From an uncultured virus (IMG/VR IMGVR_UViG_3300029787_000017) (taxonomy: Duplodnaviria; Heunggongvirae; Uroviricota; Caudoviricetes): a DNA stretch of 20,000 nt. Of this stretch, positions 1 through 7,624 are shown one piece after another. Numbering within the stretch: the first letter of the stretch is position 1; each line of letters opens with the position of its first letter. Location of the stretch: positions 57,264 through 77,263 of the IMG/VR virus record IMGVR_UViG_3300029787_000017; one strand, given 5' to 3'. The notes beneath the pieces were generated by a model. The model did no database searches. It saw only the letters and a list, made by a program, of their open reading frames with translations, and had not been told where the DNA came from. A program made the translations under genes and the position numbers.

Positions 1-131
1 TGTTCAAAAGATGTGCCTAAAGCTCTTAAAGCCTCATCTACGCTGTTACCTGCGGATATACCTGCTGTAAGAGTATCCTTTAACGTAGTTAATCCTTTTG
101 CAACTGCTGTTAGTGCTAATCCTATTGCCAT
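1..131 (-). CDS. 5' part of a gene running off the window edge; possibly tail tape-measure or another virion protein
   Basis: Not in the ORF track. ATG at 131, 2 nt after the stop of 134..562, open to the edge: MAIGLALTAVAKGLTTLKDTLTAGISAGNSVDEALRALGTSFE. Ala/Gly/Leu/Thr-rich helical composition is typical of tape-measure proteins; function is inference. Confidence 0.5.
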   Translation of the reverse strand, partial: MAIGLALTAVAKGLTTLKDTLTAGISAGNSVDEALRALGTSFE

Positions 132-133
132 AA

Positions 134-562
134 TTATTCTCTAGGTGTTCTCCTCACTCTGTAGATGTTTCCCCAAACATTATTACCTGGTCCTTTAGTT
201 AAGATGTAGGTTCTATATCCATGAGCGGGTTGAGCTAACAAACTGGTCAAATTAGAAATTTTCTTCTTCTTCCAGTCATCAGCCCTCTGTTTATATAGAT
301 TATCTAGAGCTTCTTGGTCAAAATCCATCTCTGGGAGTTTGAAGCAAGTTAATAATAAGTTACCTGTGCGAACATCTTTCACCACAGGTGTTACAGCCAT
401 CACAACCCTGAAGTCTCTATTCCCTGGCATTTCATAGCGAAAAAATAGAATATCTCCAGGTCTGGCTGCTGATATAGACCTAGTGACTATGGAAACGTCT
501 GTATCCTCGTCTTTTGAGGCTGCTTCCAAAAAATTTTGAATCTTTCTGCTGAATAATCCCAT
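134..562 (-). CDS. hypothetical protein, resembling T4 gp2-like DNA end protector
   Basis: 142 aa. PGDILFFRY...GNLLLTCFKLP...YRTY resembles the PG-x-x-Y/F-F-F-x-Y pattern of gp2-like proteins; late-type motif upstream. Confidence 0.45.
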   Translation of the reverse strand: MGLFSRKIQNFLEAASKDEDTDVSIVTRSISAARPGDILFFRYEMPGNRDFRVVMAVTPVVKDVRTGNLLLTCFKLPEMDFDQEALDNLYKQRADDWKKKKISNLTSLLAQPAHGYRTYILTKGPGNNVWGNIYRVRRTPRE

Positions 563-578
563 ACCTTTATATATTATA

Positions 579-589
579 TATTTAGATAA
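579..589 (-). promoter_or_regulatory. putative late-promoter motif TTATCTAAATA in a 36-bp divergent intergenic region
   Basis: Nearly identical to TTATCTATATA at 11176-11186 upstream of another structural gene; resembles T4 late TATAAATA. Confidence 0.5.
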
Positions 590-598
590 GGCATTAAC

Positions 599-898
599 AT
601 GTACAATGAAAATACAGATATAGATATTATTGATTTCCTAGACTTGATAAACGATACACTTAGTTCATCTTTTGTAGAAAGATGGAGATATAAGTACTCA
701 GAAAAGTTTATAAAGCACTTCCAACTGAAGCTTCTTGCTTCACTTAACAAGCAAAAGCCTATTAAGATAGAAATGCTTTATAACTATCTAACTAAGAAAT
801 GTAAGTACTCACCAGAGCAAGTACTTCAGTTCTTTGAGTCAGTAGAAATAGATATCTATTACCCATTCATCTATGGGAAACTTAAGACTTCTTCTTAG
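599..898 (+). CDS. hypothetical protein (99 aa, helical)
   Basis: ATG preceded by AAGG; fills the gap between two minus-strand genes; no recognisable motif. Confidence 0.75.
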   Translation: MYNENTDIDIIDFLDLINDTLSSSFVERWRYKYSEKFIKHFQLKLLASLNKQKPIKIEMLYNYLTKKCKYSPEQVLQFFESVEIDIYYPFIYGKLKTSS

Positions 899-1652
899 CC
901 TTAAGCTCTTCTACCTTCTTGTTTACCTCTTCTACAGTGCAGTATTCAGGACAAGCACCTTTATAAGCACACCAGTTACAGAACTCATTCCTGCTGGGTT
1001 TAAGGTCTTCCTTCTTAGCTTTACGGATCTTCCAGACATGATCTACAATGTTCCGTAAATGCTGATTGATCTGAGGAACCGAGTACTGGACAGTTACCAG
1101 GTTATTGGTCAAAGGATAGTAATGAGCAGCAACGATCTTATCGTAGGTAACATTGTATAGTTTAGCGATAGCATAAACATAGCCCTTTAACTGGCTATCT
1201 TGGTAAAGCTCTACTTTTGATTTTTCTCTCTTAGAGGTCTTATAATCAATAACAAGGTACCCACCGTCAGTTCCCTTCACTACACGGTCAATAATACCAT
1301 TTAGCGTAATATCGTCTTTTATAGGAACTTCGAAGACTTGCTCTGTCGAGACGGTTTCCGACAGGTTAGCATTAAATTTCAGGAAATTCTCTACACAGGT
1401 AATATCCTTGCCTGTGTACTTTTTACTGATTTTGTATGTGCCTTTGGTCTCTTCGGCAATTTTAAGGAGTTCGTCCTTTGTCGTAGCGTTTACCCCATCT
1501 TCAAGGACTTTGTGGATATAGGACCCAAAGTGAAGGGCTTCAGTGTTAGCCTCAGAGGGCTCAGGGAGTCTTTCAACGTACCGATAACGATATTTCAGGC
1601 CACATTGGCGAAAAGTCTGGTACTTCGACTCTGATATAGTAGATATGAACAT
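882..1652 (-). CDS. PD-(D/E)XK RecB/AddB/Cas4-like exonuclease with probable 4Fe-4S cluster
   Basis: S-x-S...F-x-x-C N-terminus, FGSYIHKVLE, GIIDRV...VIDYKTS, QLKGY, and C-terminal CNWCAYKGAC (1+3 Cys arrangement). SD GAGGTG upstream. Confidence 0.92.
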   Translation of the reverse strand: MFISTISESKYQTFRQCGLKYRYRYVERLPEPSEANTEALHFGSYIHKVLEDGVNATTKDELLKIAEETKGTYKISKKYTGKDITCVENFLKFNANLSETVSTEQVFEVPIKDDITLNGIIDRVVKGTDGGYLVIDYKTSKREKSKVELYQDSQLKGYVYAIAKLYNVTYDKIVAAHYYPLTNNLVTVQYSVPQINQHLRNIVDHVWKIRKAKKEDLKPSRNEFCNWCAYKGACPEYCTVEEVNKKVEELKAKKKS

Positions 1653-2637
1653 TTTGTCACCTCAATACATTAAAGACTATCTTCTTGAGAATTTTGGAGA
1701 TAGTGGGAAACTGTCGGCTAGTCAGGCAGAATTCATCATGCCCTCCTTATTTACTAAGGATGACTGGAAAAGACACATGAGTGTTAATGTAGACACAGGG
1801 CTGTGGCAATGCTTCAAAACAGGCAAAAAGGGTAATTTCATATCTCTATACGCAGAAGCGGAGGATATCACCTACCATAAAGCTCAGACCGATCTTATTA
1901 TAAAAAACTTTGGATTTTTAGGAACTGAGCCTCTCAAGCCTGTAAAAGAAGTAAAACGCAAAAGCGCAGAGATTGACGCTTCTTCTTTGATACCCGTCAG
2001 TATTGAATCAGCATACAGTGAAAACCCCGCAGTTGCTTCTGCTTGGTCTTTTGTCTTTGGCAGGAAGCTTTTCAACGAGGTTGATTTAGAAGAAGAGCCT
2101 TACTATCTTTGCACAGAGGGAAGGTTCGCAGGTAGGTTGATCATCCCGTTCCGAAAGGATAATAATGTTTATTACTTCCAAGCCAGAGCTTTGAATGGCG
2201 AGGAGCCTAAGTATCTCAACCCTGCCTCTGAAGGCGCTGTACGCTCCTCTGACGTTGTTTATCCTTTCAACGAGTCAGAAGACTATGTAGTGGTCTGTGA
2301 AGGCCCCCTGGACGCTGTGGCACTTCAGAGGCAAGGCGTGAATGCTACCTGTACTATCGGAAGCACTTGCTCTCGCGCACAAGCCGAAATCCTCTGCGAG
2401 TTCGGTGGGAAAGTTATCCTAGGGTATGATAATGATGCCGCTGGAGAGAAAGGAATTAAGCGTTTCGATCAACTCAGAAAAGAATTGAGGATGGCAAGCT
2501 TTGAGGTTTGCCCACCACCCTCAGGATACAAAGATTGGAACGATGCTCATATTGATGGGTTTGATCTGTTTAGTTGGATTACAGAAAAAACCCAGACATA
2601 TGATTTTGAGTACTTGGTTAGATCGTTACTAGAGTAG
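1645..2637 (+). CDS. DNA primase (DnaG/T4 gp61-like, TOPRIM)
   Basis: GRLIIPF, YFQARAL, PKYLNP, VVCEGPLDA, LGYDNDAAG, KDWND motifs. Confidence 0.93.
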   Translation: MNILSPQYIKDYLLENFGDSGKLSASQAEFIMPSLFTKDDWKRHMSVNVDTGLWQCFKTGKKGNFISLYAEAEDITYHKAQTDLIIKNFGFLGTEPLKPVKEVKRKSAEIDASSLIPVSIESAYSENPAVASAWSFVFGRKLFNEVDLEEEPYYLCTEGRFAGRLIIPFRKDNNVYYFQARALNGEEPKYLNPASEGAVRSSDVVYPFNESEDYVVVCEGPLDAVALQRQGVNATCTIGSTCSRAQAEILCEFGGKVILGYDNDAAGEKGIKRFDQLRKELRMASFEVCPPPSGYKDWNDAHIDGFDLFSWITEKTQTYDFEYLVRSLLE

Positions 2638-3217
2638 GATCGAAGAACTCTAAGCTCGCAGCGCAGTCTTGAATTACTCTTTGGAAATCAGTTGCAAACG
2701 TAGCCGAACTGTCAAACGCAGAACTGTATAGATATGCACCAGGTATTCTAGATGTTTCTGTATTACCTTCCGACTGGTCAACACTCTGTTTGGGATCAGA
2801 TGCTAAAGCCTTTCTTCGATAATAACCCGCAGTCGCTGTCCAGAAGGTTCCCGAAACACCGAAGCCTCCAAAAGATTCATCTGATGCATAGTCTATATCC
2901 ATTGCAGATGCTGCTCCACTACAGAAAGAAGCCCTAACAACTCTGTCATCCGTAGCTCCCCACCAATTGACATCGCAATAAGAGTATTCAATAGAAGGGC
3001 AGCCTGACGCGATATTACTAGCACCTATGGTGGGTGTTGGATTATAAACCCAATATCTTTGCCACATGCCTCCCATGACCTGCAAGTGAAGAGACCAATC
3101 TGCAAACTCGCAAGATGAGCTATCACCTGAAGATTGTAAAGATTGTGTTCCTGGCAGGAAAACGGAACCTCCTGTGGCGTTACTAATTAATGATCGTTGT
3201 GCTGGTACCTGTGGCAT
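2618..3217 (-). CDS. hypothetical protein, probably virion-associated
   Basis: 199 aa, Ser/Gly/Ala-rich, SD AGAGGA, late-type motif upstream. Confidence 0.75.
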   Translation of the reverse strand: MPQVPAQRSLISNATGGSVFLPGTQSLQSSGDSSSCEFADWSLHLQVMGGMWQRYWVYNPTPTIGASNIASGCPSIEYSYCDVNWWGATDDRVVRASFCSGAASAMDIDYASDESFGGFGVSGTFWTATAGYYRRKALASDPKQSVDQSEGNTETSRIPGAYLYSSAFDSSATFATDFQRVIQDCAASLEFFDPTLVTI

Positions 3218-3261
3218 AAAAAAAGTCCTCTAAACTATGTACTAATTAGAGAACTTTTTTT
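3218..3261 (-). promoter_or_regulatory. 16-bp RNA hairpin sequestering the RBS (also terminator-like), with late-promoter-like GTACATA in the loop
   Basis: Arms AAAAAAAGTCCTCTAA (3218-3233) and TTAGAGAACTTTTTTT (3246-3261). On the minus-strand RNA the single mismatch is a G-U pair. The 3' arm contains AGAGGA and U7 immediately before the ATG at 3217. Confidence 0.75.
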
Positions 3262-3279
3262 GTGTATTCTTTTCTTTAA

Positions 3280-4285
3280 TTATTTTAATTCAAAAAAGAA
3301 CGGACCTTGTACATAGTTCTGATCAAGGATGGTGTAAGCGCAGGTAAGAGCGTAAGTTCCTGTAACACCTCCTAAGGTAGCTGCATTTGCCGCAGTAGAA
3401 ATAACCTGAGTGTTGAGAGCATACAGCATGGTGTTATCGGAAGTAATAGTAATCAAGCCTGATGTGTCAGAGTAGTCTAGAATCGTAACCCTAGAAGGGA
3501 GGTTTACGGTTCCTTCATTAATTTTCTGAAGCTTAAACTGTGCGTTCCTAATAGCAGACTGTTCAAGTATTGCTTTAGTGGCAGGTTCTAGGCTCCTANN
3601 NNNNNNNNTCTGTGGTGACCTTTAAATCAGTTTGAGATCCAAGATTTACATGTTTGTTTACAAGACGATTAGTAGATGTAAAGATAACAGGCTCTGTGAT
3701 TGTTTGGAATACATCGTTGTAAAGTGAGAACCCATTTATCATATCCTGATAATTAGAATTTTGAGCAAACTTTACAGTCCATACATCAATATATGCCTGT
3801 ACAGCAGAAGCTCCGTTTTGAACCTCAACAGAACTGCTATTTAAATAATAAGCACCTGAAAGGTCTACAGTCCCATCAAGCACACATAAATAATCACCAA
3901 TACCAAGTCTTAAAACTCCACTTGCCTCAGGTGAGGGAACGTATGCAGGGAACCAAGTTGTATCGCTTAAGTAATTCGAAGTTACGCGAGGAGCCCCCGT
4001 GCCTTCTGTGGCCCCATCGTGAGGTATACCTGCCTCAGGATTACCAGAGACTCCGTAAGACATCTTAATCTTACTAGCCTCAATATCAGACTTTAGAAGC
4101 CCAGTAGTGCCGTCAATCAAACTTGCAGGAGTTAGATTATCTTCTTTAGAGAAAATAGTTACCGCACTAACGTCATAAGGGTCAACATACTCACCTCCAT
4201 TTAAAAAGAAAGTTCGCAGAGCCACCTTCTGCGTAACACTTGGTCTGTTGTACCTCTCAGCTAAATCATTACCGTTTAATTGCAT
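3280..4285 (-). CDS. hypothetical virion structural protein, about 335-340 aa, interrupted by an assembly gap
   Basis: Track ORF 3596..4285 runs into the Ns. An open frame resumes after the gap (RSLEPATKAILEQSAIRNAQFKLQKINEG...QGPFFFELK, stop 3280-3282) with no start signal of its own near the gap. Confidence 0.8.
3599..3608. other. scaffold gap (10 N)
   Basis: Run of Ns; length is not frame-compatible with the flanking ORF parts, so it is probably a placeholder. Confidence 0.97.
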
Positions 4286-4457
4286 CGTTTTGTCTCTCTA
4301 TATCTTCTTTCATTAGGTTAAGGAACACACTTCTTTCAGATCGAGTCATCCCCTTAACATCGGAATATGAGAAATATCCCTTGTTTACTAATATATAGGC
4401 TTCTTGAAGAAGAGAATCAATATCAATAATCGCTTCTAGTTCACATCGAAAAAATTT
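4269..4457 (-). CDS. small gp51-like/tail-assembly-chaperone extension ORF, probably reached by -1 frameshift
   Basis: LLQEAYILVNKGYFSYSDVKGMTRSERSVFLNLMKE resembles the small ORFs that follow gp26-like genes (YS..E...M...ER..Y/F...L). No ATG precedes the conserved part; it lies in the -1 frame of the upstream gene. Confidence 0.7.
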   Translation of the reverse strand, partial: KFFRCELEAIIDIDSLLQEAYILVNKGYFSYSDVKGMTRSERSVFLNLMKEDIERQNDAIKR

Positions 4458-5179
4458 GAGTCGATAGGCAACTCCACCACGGACTGTACTCCACAGCCAG
4501 CACAATCAAATTTAACCTTAGTATCTACACCGTAGTCTGCCTTCATAGCCTTTAAGATCACTCTCATGTCCTTAATTGGCAATTTTTTAAGAACAGACGA
4601 TATAATTTGTTTATCTCTATGTCCATCAAGCTCAACCACAAATCTCCAAATATTAGCAAGAGATTCTTCTGTAGTTTTCATAAACTTTTCATCAACTAAT
4701 CTAGGCAATCGAACTTTTGCTTCTTTTCCAAGAGATGGTAGTAACACATCAACAGGATCTGTAAAATCATCAGGAACAGGGTTTACGTTAAGTTTAGATA
4801 ATTTAACTACTGTAGGGTTCTCATGCTTACAGTGAGGACAAATTAACATTGTATGATAATCATCTCCATATGAAATCTCCCGTAGCTTCATAATTAGATA
4901 AAGTTTATCCATAGGCAAAAGCTCACCTACGTTAATATTAGTGCAGCATCGAGTTAAGATAATGTTAATTGGATCTTGGCCCTGAGGAGAAGTAATAAGA
5001 GATTTCTCATCTTCAAAGGTCATGGGTCTCATAGTTATCAAGCCCAAGGGATCTGGTAAACTGTACACCCTGTTCTCTGAAGGAAGACTAACCTCAACGG
5101 CGGTCTCAGGGGGTAGATTCTTTAATAGTTCATCAATAATATTCTGCTTACTAGCGTGATCAGGTGCGATAGGTTCCAT
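4436..5179 (-). CDS. T4 gp26-like baseplate hub / tail assembly chaperone
   Basis: V.LPS, MRPMTFEDEK, D..YL..KLREISYG, two CxxC motifs (CPHC, CAGC), ends LPIDSNFF; SD AGGAGA. Confidence 0.82.
   Translation of the reverse strand: MEPIAPDHASKQNIIDELLKNLPPETAVEVSLPSENRVYSLPDPLGLITMRPMTFEDEKSLITSPQGQDPINIILTRCCTNINVGELLPMDKLYLIMKLREISYGDDYHTMLICPHCKHENPTVVKLSKLNVNPVPDDFTDPVDVLLPSLGKEAKVRLPRLVDEKFMKTTEESLANIWRFVVELDGHRDKQIISSVLKKLPIKDMRVILKAMKADYGVDTKVKFDCAGCGVQSVVELPIDSNFFDVN
4448..4457 (-). other. candidate -1 ribosomal frameshift site A AAT TTT TTC
   Basis: Two overlapping X XXY YYZ heptamers in the correct phase, 3 codons before the stop codon. Confidence 0.65.
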
Positions 5180-5193
5180 AGTTATTTCTCCTA

Positions 5194-5202
5194 TACTATA
5201 AT
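5194..5202 (+). promoter_or_regulatory. -10-like TACTATAAT, 7 nt before the helicase ATG (probable leaderless start); near-palindromic, may also serve the divergent gene
   Basis: TATAAT at 5197-5202, ATG at 5210, no SD between them; 30-bp divergent gap. Confidence 0.6.
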
Positions 5203-5209
5203 AGTGTAG

Positions 5210-6580
5210 ATGAAAATATATGTAAAAAATTTAAAATCTAGACTAGAGACTGATAATCCTGATCTGATGAAGGCACTGTACGAACTTTATTCTTTTAAGA
5301 TCCCAGGCGCAGAATACTCTGGAGCTTACAAACGACGGCAGTGGGATGGAAAATCTCATTTCCTTACTCGTGACGGTAAATTTTCATCAGGGTTATTACC
5401 TAGGATTCTAGCTGATTTAAAAAAGATTGATTGTGAGCCAGAGGTGATAACAGAATCATCTAAAGAAATCAAACTAAATTTAGACTACGATATTGAAGGA
5501 TTCAATTACTATGTGTATCAAGAAAACTTGATTATTGACGCTTTAAAACATAAACGAGGCATAGTTAAGTCCCCTACAGGCTCAGGCAAAACTCTAATCA
5601 TGGCTGGGTTGATCAAGGCTTTAGAGGGTAGGAAGATGGTAATCCTCTTCAATGCAAAACAGCTACTAACACAGACGTATGATTTTCTAACTAAAACTTG
5701 TGGAATGGATAACATCGGTCTTTGTTTTGGTGAAGGTTATATTTATGGAGACATTATGCTTTGCACTGTTCAAAGTATTGAAAAAGTACTAGACACTCAT
5801 TTAGAAGAAGCAGAAGTTTTAATGGTAGATGAGTGTCATGAGTTCGGTAATGGAAAGACCACCTTAGCCGCTCTCAATAGCTTCCCTAAGGCAGTGTACA
5901 GGCTTGGCTTCACCGCTACGCCTCCCAGGGACAACATTCCACGTTATAACCTAGAGGGAGCCTTAGGAAGCGTTATAGAGGCTGTGAACACTGCCGAGTT
6001 AGTGGAAGAAGGTAAACTTACTAAACCATACATTCAGCTAATTAATCGGGCATATTCTGCCAGTGGAGCCGACGAAGATATGGGATACCTAGACGTATAT
6101 GATGAATACATAGTCTATAATGAAGAAAGAAATAATCAAATAAAGGAGATTGTAAATGACATCAAAAGTAAAAACAAAACAGCCCGTATACTTGTACTTA
6201 CCAAATCACTTGATCATGGAAGAGCCTTGGAAGACCTACTTGGGGGCAATTGTGAATTCCTCCAAGGGTGCGATTCAGTCGGAGAAAGGTATGAGGCTAT
6301 ATCTAGATTCCGAGGATGTAGAGAACCTAGCATCCTCATTGGCACTAAAATCCTCCAAACAGGGGTTAACATTGAAGAAATAACTCATTTCATCAATGCT
6401 AGAGGTATGAAATCTGAAATTGCTACATTACAAGCATTAGGTCGCGCACTGCGAACCCACGAATCTAAAGATAAAGTATATGTATATGATTTTCTAGATA
6501 AAGAAAAGTATCTCCGAGAACACTCCCTTTCTAGAAAGAGACACTACGAAAGAGAAGGTCACGAGGTTATAGTATGTTAA
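5210..6580 (+). CDS. uvsW: SF2 DNA helicase, UvsW-like
   Basis: N-terminal YKRRQWDGK, Walker A SPTGSGKT, DECH, TATP, TGVNI, QALGRALR. Confidence 0.88.
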   Translation: MKIYVKNLKSRLETDNPDLMKALYELYSFKIPGAEYSGAYKRRQWDGKSHFLTRDGKFSSGLLPRILADLKKIDCEPEVITESSKEIKLNLDYDIEGFNYYVYQENLIIDALKHKRGIVKSPTGSGKTLIMAGLIKALEGRKMVILFNAKQLLTQTYDFLTKTCGMDNIGLCFGEGYIYGDIMLCTVQSIEKVLDTHLEEAEVLMVDECHEFGNGKTTLAALNSFPKAVYRLGFTATPPRDNIPRYNLEGALGSVIEAVNTAELVEEGKLTKPYIQLINRAYSASGADEDMGYLDVYDEYIVYNEERNNQIKEIVNDIKSKNKTARILVLTKSLDHGRALEDLLGGNCEFLQGCDSVGERYEAISRFRGCREPSILIGTKILQTGVNIEEITHFINARGMKSEIATLQALGRALRTHESKDKVYVYDFLDKEKYLREHSLSRKRHYEREGHEVIVC

Positions 6581-7164
6581 AAATTATTGATAACTTTTAT
6601 CAAAATACAGATCTCCTAGATGATCTTTATAGATTTTTTTACTACGCAGGAACGTGGCAGTTCGATTACTTCTCACATAAATACGTTTGGAAAGAAAAAC
6701 AATCTACAAAAACGGAAGAACAAGTCTGCACACTGATTCGGAGAATATGTGTTACAAATCCTAAATTTTCAGCGAAGGGGTACGAATCTTGGATCAATGT
6801 ACTAGATAAGGATACAAACTATCTGGATCATCATGTAGACTGTGATGAAGAGGCTGAAGGAATTGAACCAGCAAAGATGACCGCAGTTCTTTATCTAGGA
6901 GGAGAAGATGGATTAGAAGGTGGAGAGCTTGCTGTAGATCTGAGTGAAGGATCAACTCACGCTGGATTTTATGAAAATATACATGACCTAGAGAAAAACC
7001 TAGACTCAGATTGGATTAAAATTCCATATAGATATAACAGATTGGTTTTATTTGATAGCAACTACCCTCATGCTATTCTTCCAATTAAAAATATTAAAGA
7101 GGGGCAATCCCGCATAGGACTAAGCATTAGTTCTTGGGACAAGAAGGTAAATATAATAAGATGA
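6574..7164 (+). CDS. 2OG-Fe(II) oxygenase superfamily protein
   Basis: HVD (HxD), TAVLYL, GGEL, NRLVLFDS..PH, distal R. Confidence 0.88.
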   Translation: MLKIIDNFYQNTDLLDDLYRFFYYAGTWQFDYFSHKYVWKEKQSTKTEEQVCTLIRRICVTNPKFSAKGYESWINVLDKDTNYLDHHVDCDEEAEGIEPAKMTAVLYLGGEDGLEGGELAVDLSEGSTHAGFYENIHDLEKNLDSDWIKIPYRYNRLVLFDSNYPHAILPIKNIKEGQSRIGLSISSWDKKVNIIR

Positions 7165-7388
7165 AACACGCACAAGATATAAAGAGAACGGAATCCTTAA
7201 TAGTAGAAGAAGAAAGAAATATTATTAAAACAGCTAAAGAAGAATTAGACATGCTTCAAAAACAAGGAAGAGTTAGCGAGGATCTAATTAAAAAGTTGGG
7301 GACAATAATTGTCCAACTCCAGTCGCTTAGAGAAGGGTATTTGTGGAGAGTAATTAACTCAACTAAACAGAATCATATGTTAGACTAA
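7161..7388 (+). CDS. hypothetical protein (75 aa, coiled)
   Basis: ATG at 7161 overlaps the upstream TGA (ATGA), preferred over the track's TTG at 7134. Confidence 0.7.
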   Translation: MKHAQDIKRTESLIVEEERNIIKTAKEELDMLQKQGRVSEDLIKKLGTIIVQLQSLREGYLWRVINSTKQNHMLD

Positions 7389-7624
7389 TTGTTTATATTA
7401 GGAATTTCAATGTCGGGATTCTCTAACTTCAGTTTAAGACCCCAGTTCTCCATGTCTCGCTTAGTCCACTGTTCTTCTAAGCTCGATTCTAATAGTTCAA
7501 GCTTATTATGAATCAGGCTTAACTGATTACTAATCCAGACCACACCTCCACAGAGGGCAATCACCATGCCCAGTGGCATTAAAGTTTCTTTTGATATCAT
7601 CATTCTTTTATCTTGTGTGGTCAT
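7385..7624 (-). CDS. small membrane-anchored coiled-coil protein (holin-like architecture)
   Basis: One hydrophobic segment (LMPLGMVIALCGGVVWI) followed by a leucine heptad; start overlaps the fibre gene stop. Confidence 0.65.
   Translation of the reverse strand: MTTQDKRMMISKETLMPLGMVIALCGGVVWISNQLSLIHNKLELLESSLEEQWTKRDMENWGLKLKLENPDIEIPNINN

Noticed and set aside
3596..3610. Apparent truncation or frameshift (pseudogene) of the 4285 gene
   Set aside because: It coincides with a 10-N scaffold gap, and the frame continues cleanly on the other side.
4458..4505. TTG start at 4505 for the 78-aa ORF
   Set aside because: It lies inside the gp26-like gene, has no clear SD, and the added residues look like off-frame sequence.
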